Assembly (NCBI GenBank): GCA_028534125.1
Contig: CM052816.1
Location: 83,578,001-83,642,000, forward strand
DNA from: Lama glama
Taxonomy: Eukaryota
Reading direction: 5' to 3'
DNA length: 64,000 nucleotides
How positions within the stretch are numbered: the stretch's first letter is position 1; the number at the start of each line of letters is the position of its first letter. Under the pieces are notes generated by a model that saw nothing but the letters and a program-made list of their open reading frames with translations, made no database searches and had not been told where the DNA came from. The position numbers and the translations under genes were made by a program. Of the stretch, positions 52,898 to 64,000 are shown piece after piece.

Positions 52898-54310
52898 TCT
52901 ATTGGCCATTTGTATGTCTTCATTGGAGCATTGCTTGTTTAGGTCTTCTGCCAATTTTTGGATTGGGTTGCTTGTTTTTTATTATTACATTATCTGGGCT
53001 GTTTATACATCCTGGATATTAAGCCCTTGTCAGTCTCATCTTCTGCAAATATTTTCTCTCACTCCATAGGTTGTCGTTTTGTTTTGCTTATGGTTTCCTT
53101 TGCTGTGCAAAAGCTTATAAGTTTAATTAGGTCCCATTTGTTTATTTTTGCTTTTATGTCTTTTACCTGGGTAGACTGACATAGGAGAACATTGCTACAA
53201 TTTATGTCAGATAATGTTTTGCCTGTATTTTATTCTAAGAGATTTATAGTGTCTTGTCTTATGTTTAAGTCTTTAAGCCATTGTGAGTTTATTTTTATGT
53301 ATGGTGTGCGGTAGTATTCTAACTTCATTGACCTACATTCAGCTGTCCAGTCTTCCCATCACCATTTGCTGACGAGCCTGCCTTTACTACCTTGCATATT
53401 CTTGCCTCTTTTGTCAAAGATTCATTGACCAAAAACCTGTGAGCTTATTTCTGGGCTTTCTATTCTGTTCCATTGATCCATATGTCTGTTTTTGTACTAA
53501 TACCATGCTCTTTTGATGACTGTAGCTCTGTAGTATTGTCTGAAGTCTAGGAGGGTTATTCCTCCAGCTTCATTCTTTTTCTTCAGTATTGCTTTGAACC
53601 CTCCTACACTGTAGGTGGGAATGTAATTTGGTGCAGCCGTTATGGAATACAGTATACAGATTCCTCAAGAAACTAAAAATAGACTTACCATATGATCCAG
53701 CAATCCCACTCCTGGGCATATATCCAGAGGGAACTTTAATTCAAAAAGACACATGCACCCCAATATTCACAGCAGCACTATTTACAATAGCTAAGACCTG
53801 GAAACAACTTAAATGCCCATCAACAGATGACTGGATAAAGAAATTGCGGTATACTTATACAATGGAATGCTACTCGACCATAAAAAATAATAAAATAATG
53901 CCATTTGCAGCAACATGATGGACCTGAAGATCATCATTATAAGTGAAGTAAGCCAGAAAGAGAAAGAAAAATATCATATAGCATTTATACGTGGAATTTA
54001 AAAAACAAAAACAGACTCACAGACATAAAAAACAAACTTACAATTACCAGAGCAGGGTGAAGGCAGTGGGAAGGGATAAATTGGGAGTTTGAGATTTGCA
54101 GATACTATCTACTATATATAAAATAGATAAATAACAAATTTACATGGCATAGCACAGGGAACTATATTCAATATCTTATAGTAATCTATAATGAAAAAGA
54201 ATATGAAAACGAATATATGTATGCATATATATGACTGAACTATTATGCTGTACACCAGAAACTGACAAAACATTGTAAACTGACTGTATTTCAACTTAAA
54301 AAAGTATATA
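52858..54310 (+). mobile_element. Young 5'-inverted (twin-primed) L1
   Basis: 52894-53596 is antisense ORF2. 53597-54303 is sense ORF2 end (ORF 53628-53918: [29 protein letters not shown]), 3' UTR and short A-tail. Flanks are aaaaagtgtacac... and aaaaagtatatat.... Confidence 0.93.
52867..52894. repeat. (AC)n microsatellite at the L1 5' junction
   Basis: Direct read. Confidence 0.95.
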
Positions 54311-54379
54311 TATAATTATATACTTTAAATTATTAGATATCTATATTAGATAACTTTAAATTGTGATAAATACAATTTA

Positions 54380-54830
54380 AATAAATGAATAGAAGGTAAT
54401 AAATGTGGGATGCACAGAGAAAACTTTGCCTGATTTTAGGCATAAATATGGACGGCAAATAGAAGCCTGCTTTGTGAATAGCTGGGGAAAGCTTTCATGG
54501 GACATGGAAGAAAGAATATTAAAAATCCAAGAAATTGGAACATGTTCAGGGATTTCAATGACCATAATAAGACTAACATGAGTGGAATATGGGGAAATGA
54601 GGATTAGGAGATTCAGTGGTAGGGACAAGAGAGGCCAGTTATGCAAAGACTTTGTAAACCTTGATAAACATTTTAGATTTCTTTTTTTAGCTAACAATAG
54701 AAGACATTGGAAAGTATAACCAAGGAAATGATATAATATATGACATAATATATGTATCTTTTCAGACAGCCAATAGATTGAATGGTTTTGCAGTAATATT
54801 GGAGATAATTGAAGAAACCAAAGTCCTGTA
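54380..54830 (-). mobile_element. L2 remnant
   Basis: aggccagttatgcaaagactttgtaaaccttgataaacattttagattt...gaagacattggaaagtataaccaaggaaatgatataata is typical antisense L2. Confidence 0.7.
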
Positions 54831-54924
54831 GTGGATGAATGAGGACAGAATTCATCTCCCATAGGATGAGTTCAGATGAGAGCAGAGCTGTTTCTTCCAA
54901 TGTGTCAGGAGGAAACAGAAGTAG

Positions 54925-55300
54925 AAAAAGATTTACTAGAAAGCTAATTAAGCTTCAAGACCACTCTTGCCTTAATCTATGAGGGGCATTGATAATGTAT
55001 TCATGTGGGTATGTGTTTTTGGTAAATTTTGTAAAATGACCTATTTTATGTGCAGTTAACTAACATCACTGCTGCTTTCTGATGGTGCTTTCCCTAGAGT
55101 CACAATTGGCTGGTGTCAAATGGTGTTGCAATGGTAACGGTTAATCTATATAAGGGAAAGATGCCGAAAGGACACACTTAGTTTGGCTTTAGTGTTATTC
55201 TGGCTTCCAGGAATACTTGCACCTACTGTACTGATCTTCCTGTTACAAAAATGATTTTACTCAACTAATGCATTGTAGAGTAATGGAAATCATTTGTAAC
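54925..55300. mobile_element. hAT-Tip100 (Zaphod/MER115-like) fragment
   Basis: gatttactagaaagctaattaagcttcaag...gaggggcattgataatgtattcatgtgggtatgtgtttttggtaaattttgtaaaa resembles recalled consensus. Confidence 0.45.
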
Positions 55301-56699
55301 TTTGGCATTTATTCTAAACACGGGGTGTGCTAGGAAGACATACTTAATTGATCTGGAAAAAATAGAAGAAACATTTAATGTTGTGCCATTGGAAGGATAA
55401 AAGCTGAAGTGTGTATACCAGAAAGAGTAACTGGACATAGTAGGCAAGAGTGAAATAGAACTGAATTATCAGCATTAGATCTTTATAAATTTAATTTGAA
55501 TACAAAATTAGGATTTCCCCTATCAGAACAAAGTAAGAAGGTGCAGAGGGTAGAAATTAATTAAATTAGATAAACACTTTAAAACATTATTTAAATAATT
55601 GTATTATTCAACTATTATAGGACAGTCCCTGCTGCATCACCCTTTCTTTAAAGATAAATCTATGAAAAAAATAGCTACAGGTAAGTTCTTACCTCTGGAT
55701 TCCCTTAAAATGTAGTGCTATGTAGGCACATAATTGATCCTTCTAAAATTCCCCCTAAACTCACCAATCATAGTTATGCAGTATAGCATCGTAAACTACC
55801 AAGAGGTAATGTGTCCTTTCTCTGCTTCCAATAAATTATTATCTTTTGACTTTTCCAGTAATTCTCAGGGCAGTAAAAGTGAAAGAAAAAAGTAACCAGT
55901 AGCGATTGATCACTATATGTGAAATCTCATGGAGCTATATGATTTTTTTCTTTTAATGATAGATTACTATCTGTAGCCCACAAATTAGAGCAAGTGCCAT
56001 TTATAAGTTTCCTAAAAGGCAGTGATGACAGAATTATTTTTGTTTTTTGGAAAGAGAAGTGGTTCTACACTTTCATAAAGCAGAGATATGGAGTGGGAAG
56101 AGAACACCGTCCAGATTCATGAGCTCATATTTTCAGTTACTAAGTAGTTATACCACTTTAGGTGAAATAAATCATCTTTCTGAAACTTAGTCTACCAATC
56201 TGTGTAATAATAAAGTTATACTTATGCCCTCTAAGTCTGTAGACAGCACAAAATTATACCTTATAATTTTGCTCTGTTGGAAACAAGTACAAAGAGTTAG
56301 TCATCACATCTTGTAGGATTTCCATAAACTAAATAGATGTTATTTTTTGTAGATCTACGTTGGCAATACTTAGTAAGATTGGATATAGTACTATATGTTC
56401 AATTTTTGAACACTTAAATAAATAACTCAATAAAAAATAATACTGTACTCATTTCTCAGAAACTAAGATACCTTCATAGAAATGTTTTATATATTCATTG
56501 GGGGTCTTCACCCTAAGGGCATAGAAGATTCTGTTGAATTACATATACTCTTCACAGAGTACTGAAGAGGAAAATGAGAGTCAACAGAAGAAGACAGGAA
56601 CCATTTTCCAGGTAAGTCATCTTCTGACACTCCATCTGCTCCAGAACTGACAGATTACCAGCAATTCTGGATACAACAATAAAAACGTGAAAATCTAGA

Positions 56700-59600
56700 C
56701 TTATGCAATGTTTGAAAATCAATGAATGCCCTTCACTCAAGGAAAATGTTTCAATATACTTTTAAATTCTATGAAAGCTTCACAACGACTTCTAGAATGA
56801 CATAAAGATCTCTATACACACACTTTCAAGTTAAACAACTATAACTGGTGAAAATTATAAATTATCACAATATTTAAGTTTCTGGAAATTGTCCTAAGGG
56901 AACAGAATAAATAAAGAAACATTTATTCAGGTATATCTACCAAATCTTGATAGGAACAATGAAAAATCTGTGACATTTGAGCCATAAGTCTCTCTACCCA
57001 TAAGCTCAGCATGACAGAAATTTCTACTCTTGCATGTGCAGCTGAATTGACAGGGCCTCCTACTCTTCAAACAACTAGTCAAAAGCTCGAGTATCTCCCC
57101 AGGAGAGAGAGGCCACCAGTATTTTTCACTCAGCGTTGCTTCAAATCGCAGGAGCTCTGTGACAGGCAAGAACAGCTGAGAAGGCTGGGGTTCTCTTCTA
57201 CCTAGCCACACTTGTAGGGCAGAGGCTCCATCTCAGCCTTAACGAGCTGAGAGTATGGGGCTCCGATTTTACTCACTGAAGCTCAGTAGTAGGGTTGAGA
57301 TTTTACGGTTGGTGAGGCAAATCCAAAATATGATAGGTTACTGCCCTTACGGAGTACTCCCACAAATACAGAAGAAGTGTCCTTTCAGGAGAAGTGGGCC
57401 CCTGTATTCATGCCCAGGCCCGGAACAGTGGCATAGGGTTTTTGCCTGGTGCTGGGGGTGGAGATGGGGCGGCTCTGAGGCGATCCCTAAATGACTGACT
57501 TTATTTCGAACAGAGTTTGGGAGAGATCAAGCTTAACAGCACTTTAGAACATAATGGAGTTTTTGTTGGTCAGAAATTAGAGTAGGCTGGTAATTCCATG
57601 AGACAACAAGCTAAACTCTACATAAACTACAAGTTTATCAGTGAGAACCAGGGAAAGAGATGGCTAATAACAGTCCCTGCATCAGAACAACCTCAAAGTC
57701 CTGCCTGAAAGAATACCCTTGGGGAGGGAAGCTAAATGTCATCTGATTAAATTGCAGAACAATTTATACCTGCAGCCACTGTCAAAAAACAACAGAGATC
57801 AGATGGCAATTAGTGGAAGCTAATAGCTGGATGTGATACCAACAGAAGTAGGCCGATTAACAGAAATATCAGGGATGGAGACACTGAAAGACAGCACTGT
57901 GAACACCAGTGTCATCCCAGGGGGCCTGGGTGCAAGCCCGAGGCCATGTGCCTTCTGAAGTTAAATCAGGGTCTGCGTCCTGCTGGGAGAGTATCAGTAA
58001 GTACAGTGGTACACCCAAGGTGCTAAATAAACAGACAACATCAACAAGCTTCCAGTGAGGGGTTGGGGAGTGGGGTGGCATGCTGGTGGTGGCATCAGAA
58101 TTCAGAATTACTGCAATATATTTTCTAAAATATTCACTCTCTGATGAAAAGCATGAGATTATAAATAAGCAAATAAACAAAAGAGGGCAATGTGTACACA
58201 GGAAATAGAGATGAAATTGCCCATGAGGGGACCTAGAGCTTGAACTTAGCAGACAAAGACTTCAAAATAGCTACTGTAAATTTTTAAAGAACTGCACAAA
58301 ACCAAGCTTAAAGAAGGTGCGATGAGAATATCTCATCAAATAGAGTGTATCAGTTAAAAAACAGAAATTATAAAATGGATTGAATGAACACTCTGGAGTT
58401 GAAAAGCATAATAATTGACAGGAAAAATTAGAGTGGGCAGATGGGAACTGGCAGAAAAAGAATAAGCAAAAGAATAAGCAAATCTGCAGTTAGATCAAGA
58501 GAAATTATGCAATCTGAAGACAAGAGAGGGAAAAAGTAAAGATAAATGAACAAGAATCTCAGAAATAATGTGGGACATTTACTTATACCAACATACAAAT
58601 AACGGGAGCACAAGAGAGGAGAGAGCTAAGAAAGTAGAAGTACTTGAGGAAATCACAGGTAAAACAACTCCAAATTATGACAAAATATTAATTTGCATAC
58701 TCAAGGAACTCAGTAAGTGCTAATTAGAATTAACTTAGGATATTCTTAGTCACATCATGGTAGACATACTAAAAATTAAGACAAAGAGAACGTCTTGATA
58801 GAAGCAAAAGAAAAACAATTTCTTTTTTACAGATACTCCAATAATATTAACAGCTAATTTATTATCAGAAAAAAATGAAGTCCAGAAGTCAGTAGGATTA
58901 CATACACACAGTGCTGAAATAAAGAAAAAAAAACCAATCAAAAATGTTACCTCCAGTAAAACTCTCTTTCCAAAATAAAGATTAAAAATAATACTTCCCC
59001 AGCAAATTGAAACTGAGACATTTATTGCTATCAGATTGGCCTTATAGAAAACAGTAAAGAAATTCCTCAAAGCTGAAATCAAGAGATTCAAGACGCATGC
59101 ACAAAGCAAAGAGCATGTTAAATTACATAATTATAAAAGACAACATAAATGCATTTTGCATTTTGCATTCTTATTTTAGTTGATACAAAAATCAATTCCA
59201 TAAAATAGCAGGCATATAATTGTATTGTTTGGCCTGTCATATATAGAAATGCAGTATATTTGACATAACAGGACAGGGCAGGGGTTGGGCCCAAAGCTGT
59301 ACCGGAGAAAGGAAATCACACAAGATGGAACTCAGATTCAGGGGAAACAAAGAAGAGAACCAGAAATGGTTAATAAGCTATACAACAAATTCTGTAACTG
59401 TGTACTTGTTCTCCCTTATTTTCTCAGCTTCTTTAAAAGACATAGGAACACAGAAAGTAACAATTACAACAATGTATTCTGGGGTAATTGCAACATAAAT
59501 TGATGTAACATGTATACCAATAATAACCCCAAAATGGGGGAGATTTCTGTATCTTATAGGAATTAAGTTAATATATATTTGAAGGTGATTATGATAACAT

Positions 59601-60170
59601 GTTTCATTAAGCTCTAGATCAGCTACTAATAAAATAACTCATAAAAATATAGTGAAAAAAGAGATTAAAGGAATTAAAATATTTCACTATAAAATATTCA
59701 CTTAATGAAAAAGAAAACAGTCATGAAGGATCCAAGGAGAAATTAAGACATGAAGTATTTTGAAAAGGAAAATAAAATGACATGCATAAATCAAAATGTA
59801 TCAGTAATAACAGTACATGTGAGTGAATCAAACATCTCAATTGAAGAACAGAGACTGGTAACTAGATAATAAAAGGCTGAACTCTATGTTTTCTATTAGA
59901 GACACACAAATCAGTGATACAAGTAAGCTAAACGTAAAAGGACATATAATCATCATACAAACAGCAAAAATAAGGAAGCTAGAATGACAAAACATCTGAC
60001 AAAACAGACTTTAAAATGAAAACTATCAGTAGGGATAAGATACTACTAAGACATAAAAATGAACAATGTACTGATACATGCTACAACATGGATGAACCTT
60101 GAAAATCATACATGAAGCAAAAGAAGTCAGCCCCTAAACCCCACACATTGTACAATTCCACTTGTATGAC
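56700..60170 (+). mobile_element. Old L1M with 5' UTR, degenerate ORF1, start of the ORF2 endonuclease, then a 3' end fragment
   Basis: ORF1-like sequence at 58240-59100 (agacaaagacttcaaaatagct..., aagaatctcagaaataatgtgggac..., aacagctaatttattatcagaa). EN start at ~59800-59910 (gtaataacagtacatgtgagtgaatcaaacatctcaattgaagaacagagactgg ~ ITLNVNGLN.PIKRQRL). 3' UTR at 60050-60170 (gtactgatacatgctacaacatggatgaaccttgaaaa). Confidence 0.8.
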
Positions 60171-62165
60171 TTAATTAAGTGTGACATAATTGTCCTTAGG
60201 TTATTATATATCTCAGAACAAGAGCTACAAATACAGCTTTGTCATAGAATATTCATACAGCAGGTGAATCAGCACCATGCTAGTTGTATAAAAATGCCCA
60301 AATGTAGACACACAGCCGTGCACCAAACTGCAAGTACTTAGAAAATGTTATCATCTGAAAGCTGTAAGAAATCATAATACAACTACAAATTTCAAACAAA
60401 GAATCTAAAAGGCGTTCTGTATGTTTTCCTGGTACTTTGAAATCTTTTCAAATTCACTGATATTTTAAAAAATGAACTTCTATCAAGTTAAATATAAAAT
60501 TTAGAGACACAACACATAAATGCTGCTCTATATTAGCTGAATACTGGAGTTTGCACTAAGGCACCATGTGTTGATAAGTTGCCAAAGCCTTTCAATTAAT
60601 TAAGTCACTATATTCGGCTCTGTCTCTGGTGGGTCTTCTGCTTATCCCAAGCAGGTGTTGATGGATTAGGACATTTCTTTCTGGCTGATTCCTGATTAAA
60701 TTTGGACAAAGAACCTGACAGCTGTCACGTTATGTTTCCCATAACTCTTTTTCTCAAACCAGAAAGCACCCAAGCCTACTACATGAGAAAAGTGTGTACA
60801 GCCATCTTGTGGAGGTAACTCTAAAGTTAGCAAGAGGTATGAAAAAACACAGCATTTTAATCATCTTACTCAACCATAAGATCTATTTGAATTGAACGAG
60901 AGCAGGAGTTTTAAATAGTTTATTGTATGCAATTAAAACTAAGTATGTGGTGTGTTTGTTCATTTTCCATTACCCCTGTTTTATTCTATTAACAGCAAAA
61001 TATTCTCATAGTCTCAGTCTCACTCTCAAGAATGAGTGAGGGTTACAAATTGTGACTTGGCTGCACTGGATTCCTTCTGAAGTCTTTTTGTCCAGAGAAC
61101 AGTGGAGATGATAAGTTGGATCTCAGTTCATTATCAAAACAGAAATTTTTGATTAGCCTTCCATCTCTTTATAGTATTCAAGTTATTTAAACAAATTTTT
61201 GCTTTTGTAAAGGAAATTTATTTCAGAATAAAATTCTTATGTAATCCTTATGTTTTCTACAGATCTGTTTCTGGTGGACATGTATGAAACAAGTTTCACT
61301 AAATTTATGAATAATACCTTATATTGCAATTGCACCTGCATATTGTTTTTGTTTTCTGGAAATTGATAGTATATCTTCTTTGAAGCAAGAAGAATAGAAG
61401 TCTATTCATCTATTCCTAGCCTTTATGTTTCCTTGGAGCAGATAGATACTGAGTAGAACAATCTATGCAACACATGAGACAAACTGTACCGTGCATATAG
61501 TCTTCCTTAGTTTCACTCTCTTCATGTGTTTCCTGCCTCTTTTGGCTTTGTCTCTTTTCACTGGATTAGACCGTATGAGTCTACTTGATTCCACCATCTG
61601 AGGCCAACCAGATAAAGGCCTGGGTCTGGGATTTGGTTAAAATGTTACTCAGTCCAGGGAATCTGGCTTCTCCAGAAGCTGCCACAGTGACTAGAAAATG
61701 CCCTCTGGTATGTGGTGAATGGCAATGGTGATTAACTCCTTATGGAGAAACTCCCATCAGAAGAGGTGGAAGGGAAACAGGAGACAGATGAGATTGTTTT
61801 ACCTTTACTTTCTACAGCGGTCAATTCAGAGTCAGTTTTTGTATGGCTTCTTGGAAGACATCCACGTGGTGGAGAGATACTTGTGCAGCAATTTGCTGCT
61901 ACTCTCTGCAGGTGGTTGTGAAGCTTTGACATGTCCATTTGTTTCTTATCTTTCTCCACTTCAATCTCTCTTTCTCACTCTCTCTACTCTGAAAATTCAC
62001 CACATAAGAAATCATTCGCACTTAAGCCTTGCCTTGCCTTAGTCTTCAGGGAAACTGGATCTAAAATATGAGAGCAAGGAGGCTTTGTGTCTCATCTTAG
62101 ACAATCCTTTCATGAAGCTGTGCTATGGACCATAGAAGAGAGTTACCTACTTGTGAGGGTGGCAA

Positions 62166-62257
62166 ATGGCTTCTCAGAGGAAGTGACAGATGGACCAGTA
62201 TCTGAAGCAGGATGGTTTCTCAGAGGAAGTGACAGATGGACCTGTATCTGAAGCAGG
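62166..62257. repeat. 46-bp tandem duplication (2 copies, 2 mismatches)
   Basis: atggcttctcagaggaagtgacagatggaccagtatctgaagcagg / atggtttctcagaggaagtgacagatggacctgtatctgaagcagg. Confidence 0.95.
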
Positions 62258-62458
62258 ATACTCAATGGTATTTAAGCTGTATGCCTAAGTAATTATTATG
62301 ATATCCTTAAAGCCAGAAGAAATGTGGCCATGGTTATAATTTGACACTACTTCATTAACAATAACAATAGGTTTTGCATTTTTCTCATCTAAATGAAGGA
62401 GAATCTTAGAGAGCATATTATATAGTATATACAGTAGATACCATACATGTATAGCATG

Positions 62459-62460
<2 letters not shown>

Positions 62461-62510
<50 letters not shown>
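62461..62510. repeat. (GT)25 microsatellite
   Basis: Direct read. Confidence 0.97.
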
Positions 62511-62514
<4 letters not shown>

Positions 62515-63099
62515 ATCACCTATTACACAGACCATGAAATCAGAGAAACCTGACTCAAATACCTGGATTCTTCAGATTGTTAAATTCTCCGAACTTTAAT
62601 TTTTAGGTTTTGTGATCGTAGGACAACAATATTTAAATAAAATTATTTTGCAAGGGCCAAATTAAATGAGAAGATAAGTCAGAATATAGCAAGAGTGGAT
62701 ACTGTGAACACCATTTTGTCTTCTTTCTCGAACCTGGATGGTAGTTATCTTCCTACACGATGACCATGAGAATTACCTCTCATCACCCACTTTTGGGCTG
62801 AGGAGCTTGTTTACTCCTACTTTTCATGGTTCGCTTAATTTATTCATTCATTCTGAAAATATTTTTATTTAACTGCTATGCATGTGATACAGCAGTAAAC
62901 CAAACAACTAAAAAGTCTGTCCTTTCAGACTTCCTTATGTTCAAGAAGGTGGGTCCTTTCCTGCCCCTTTAACTCTTCAGAATCACTAGATTTTTTTTTC
63001 TCCCTAGGCCAGTATGTACTAAATTTCCACCCATAAACTAAACAAAAAATACTCCATGTCTCTGTTGTCTTAACAATCCAATATAGTTTGTTTTAAAGC

Positions 63100-63560
63100 C
63101 AAGCTTCTACAGTCTGAAAATATTGTTGCCATTTTTCTGACCTCCCATTAACTCCTCAACCTACCATAACAGAGCTTCTACCCTCTACATTTCTAATAAA
63201 ATTGTTTTCCCCAGTTCACAGATTACCTTTTAGCTTCAAAACATGATGAATCCTTTTCAGTTCTTGTCTCACTTGACCTCGCTGCACTACTTAATTTGTG
63301 GTCTATTAATTTATTCTTGAAATGGCCTTCTTAGTTTCTGTGACACTATTCTCTACTAGTTTTCTGTCAGTTCCCCTGGGCATTCAAAAAAATAGTAAAT
63401 TTCAGTTTCTTTGACTTCGTTTATTTTGTTAAAAAGAGTGTTCCTGCCCCAGGCCCTCTTACTTTTTCAGTATACTAGTCCTGCTTCTCGAGTTCAGTCC
63501 TGTCCCCGCATACAGGATGCCTTCACCATGCCCATACTACTCCAAGCGTATCTCCAGCAC
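63100..63560 (+). mobile_element. L2 ORF2 (RT region) remnant
   Basis: ctcaacctaccataacagagcttctaccctctacatttc...cttttcagttcttgtctcacttgacctcgctgcac...ttctgtgacactattctct follows the L2 RT pattern. Confidence 0.7.
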
Positions 63561-64000
63561 TTCAGATCTGCAGGTTTTGACATTTTTCTCTACACGTTTA
63601 GAACCTCTGCACTGTAAGGTCTTGTGGGCAAGAGAAGGATTTCCATCAAATTCTAACATAGTTTTGAACATATCCAAGCACTTAAGATATGTGAGTTTAA
63701 ATGTAATCTTAAGTAATTAATGTGTGATATTACCCACTCCCATTGGCATACACCTCCTATCACTTCTGATGACTCCCATATGTGTATTTCAGTCTCTTTT
63801 TTAAAGAAGTCTCATGTCATTACTCACAATGGGACCAGATTTATTAGGGTAAAATGAGCTCAAATCTTGAAAGTTTTCTCACCTGAAGTTTTTCTCCGTC
63901 TTATTTTCCACAAGATACAACCTACACACCTTAGCAGGGAATACACATTTCTTCACTTGCTGACCTTTTCCGATAAACTGCATGCAATGTTTCTTTGTTA

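Noticed and set aside
54377..54862. 161-aa ORF
   Set aside because: Overlaps a degenerate L2; not a cellular gene.
61818..61911. Strong acceptor followed by 94 nt open in all three frames (within ORF 61719-62042)
   Set aside because: Weak donor (gtggtt), no recognisable protein, may lie in an old repeat.
1..64000. Prokaryote-style systems (CRISPR arrays, operons, defence islands, rRNA/tRNA genes)
   Set aside because: The sequence is mammalian. I saw no spaced direct-repeat array, long ORFs or structured RNA genes.

Overview
AT-rich, CpG-depleted mammalian genomic DNA, not prokaryotic. The youngest L1 3' UTRs look cetartiodactyl. I saw no Alu, BovB/Bov-tA, PRE1 or CHR SINEs, so a camelid is my best guess (inference). 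I found no intact protein-coding gene; the ORF track is almost all chance ORFs or repeat fragments. The window is a mosaic of L1 copies of several ages, L2, MIR, LTRs (MER21-, MER68-, MER74-, MER34/39- and MLT1-like, plus one CpG-rich solo LTR), an ERV-L pol fossil and small DNA transposons. The one recognisable gene-derived sequence is a 5'-truncated, disabled processed pseudogene of ENTPD6 on the minus strand (~17.87-21.09 kb), later split by L1 insertions. Other points of interest are an internally deleted L1 that keeps its promoter, two twin-primed (5'-inverted) L1s, an AG-G-GTAAGT splice-signal juxtaposition at ~33.98 kb, two candidate exons and a TF-motif cluster. Repeat family names come from recall of consensus sequences, and boundaries are approximate. 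I cannot support a claim of a new multi-gene biological system here.
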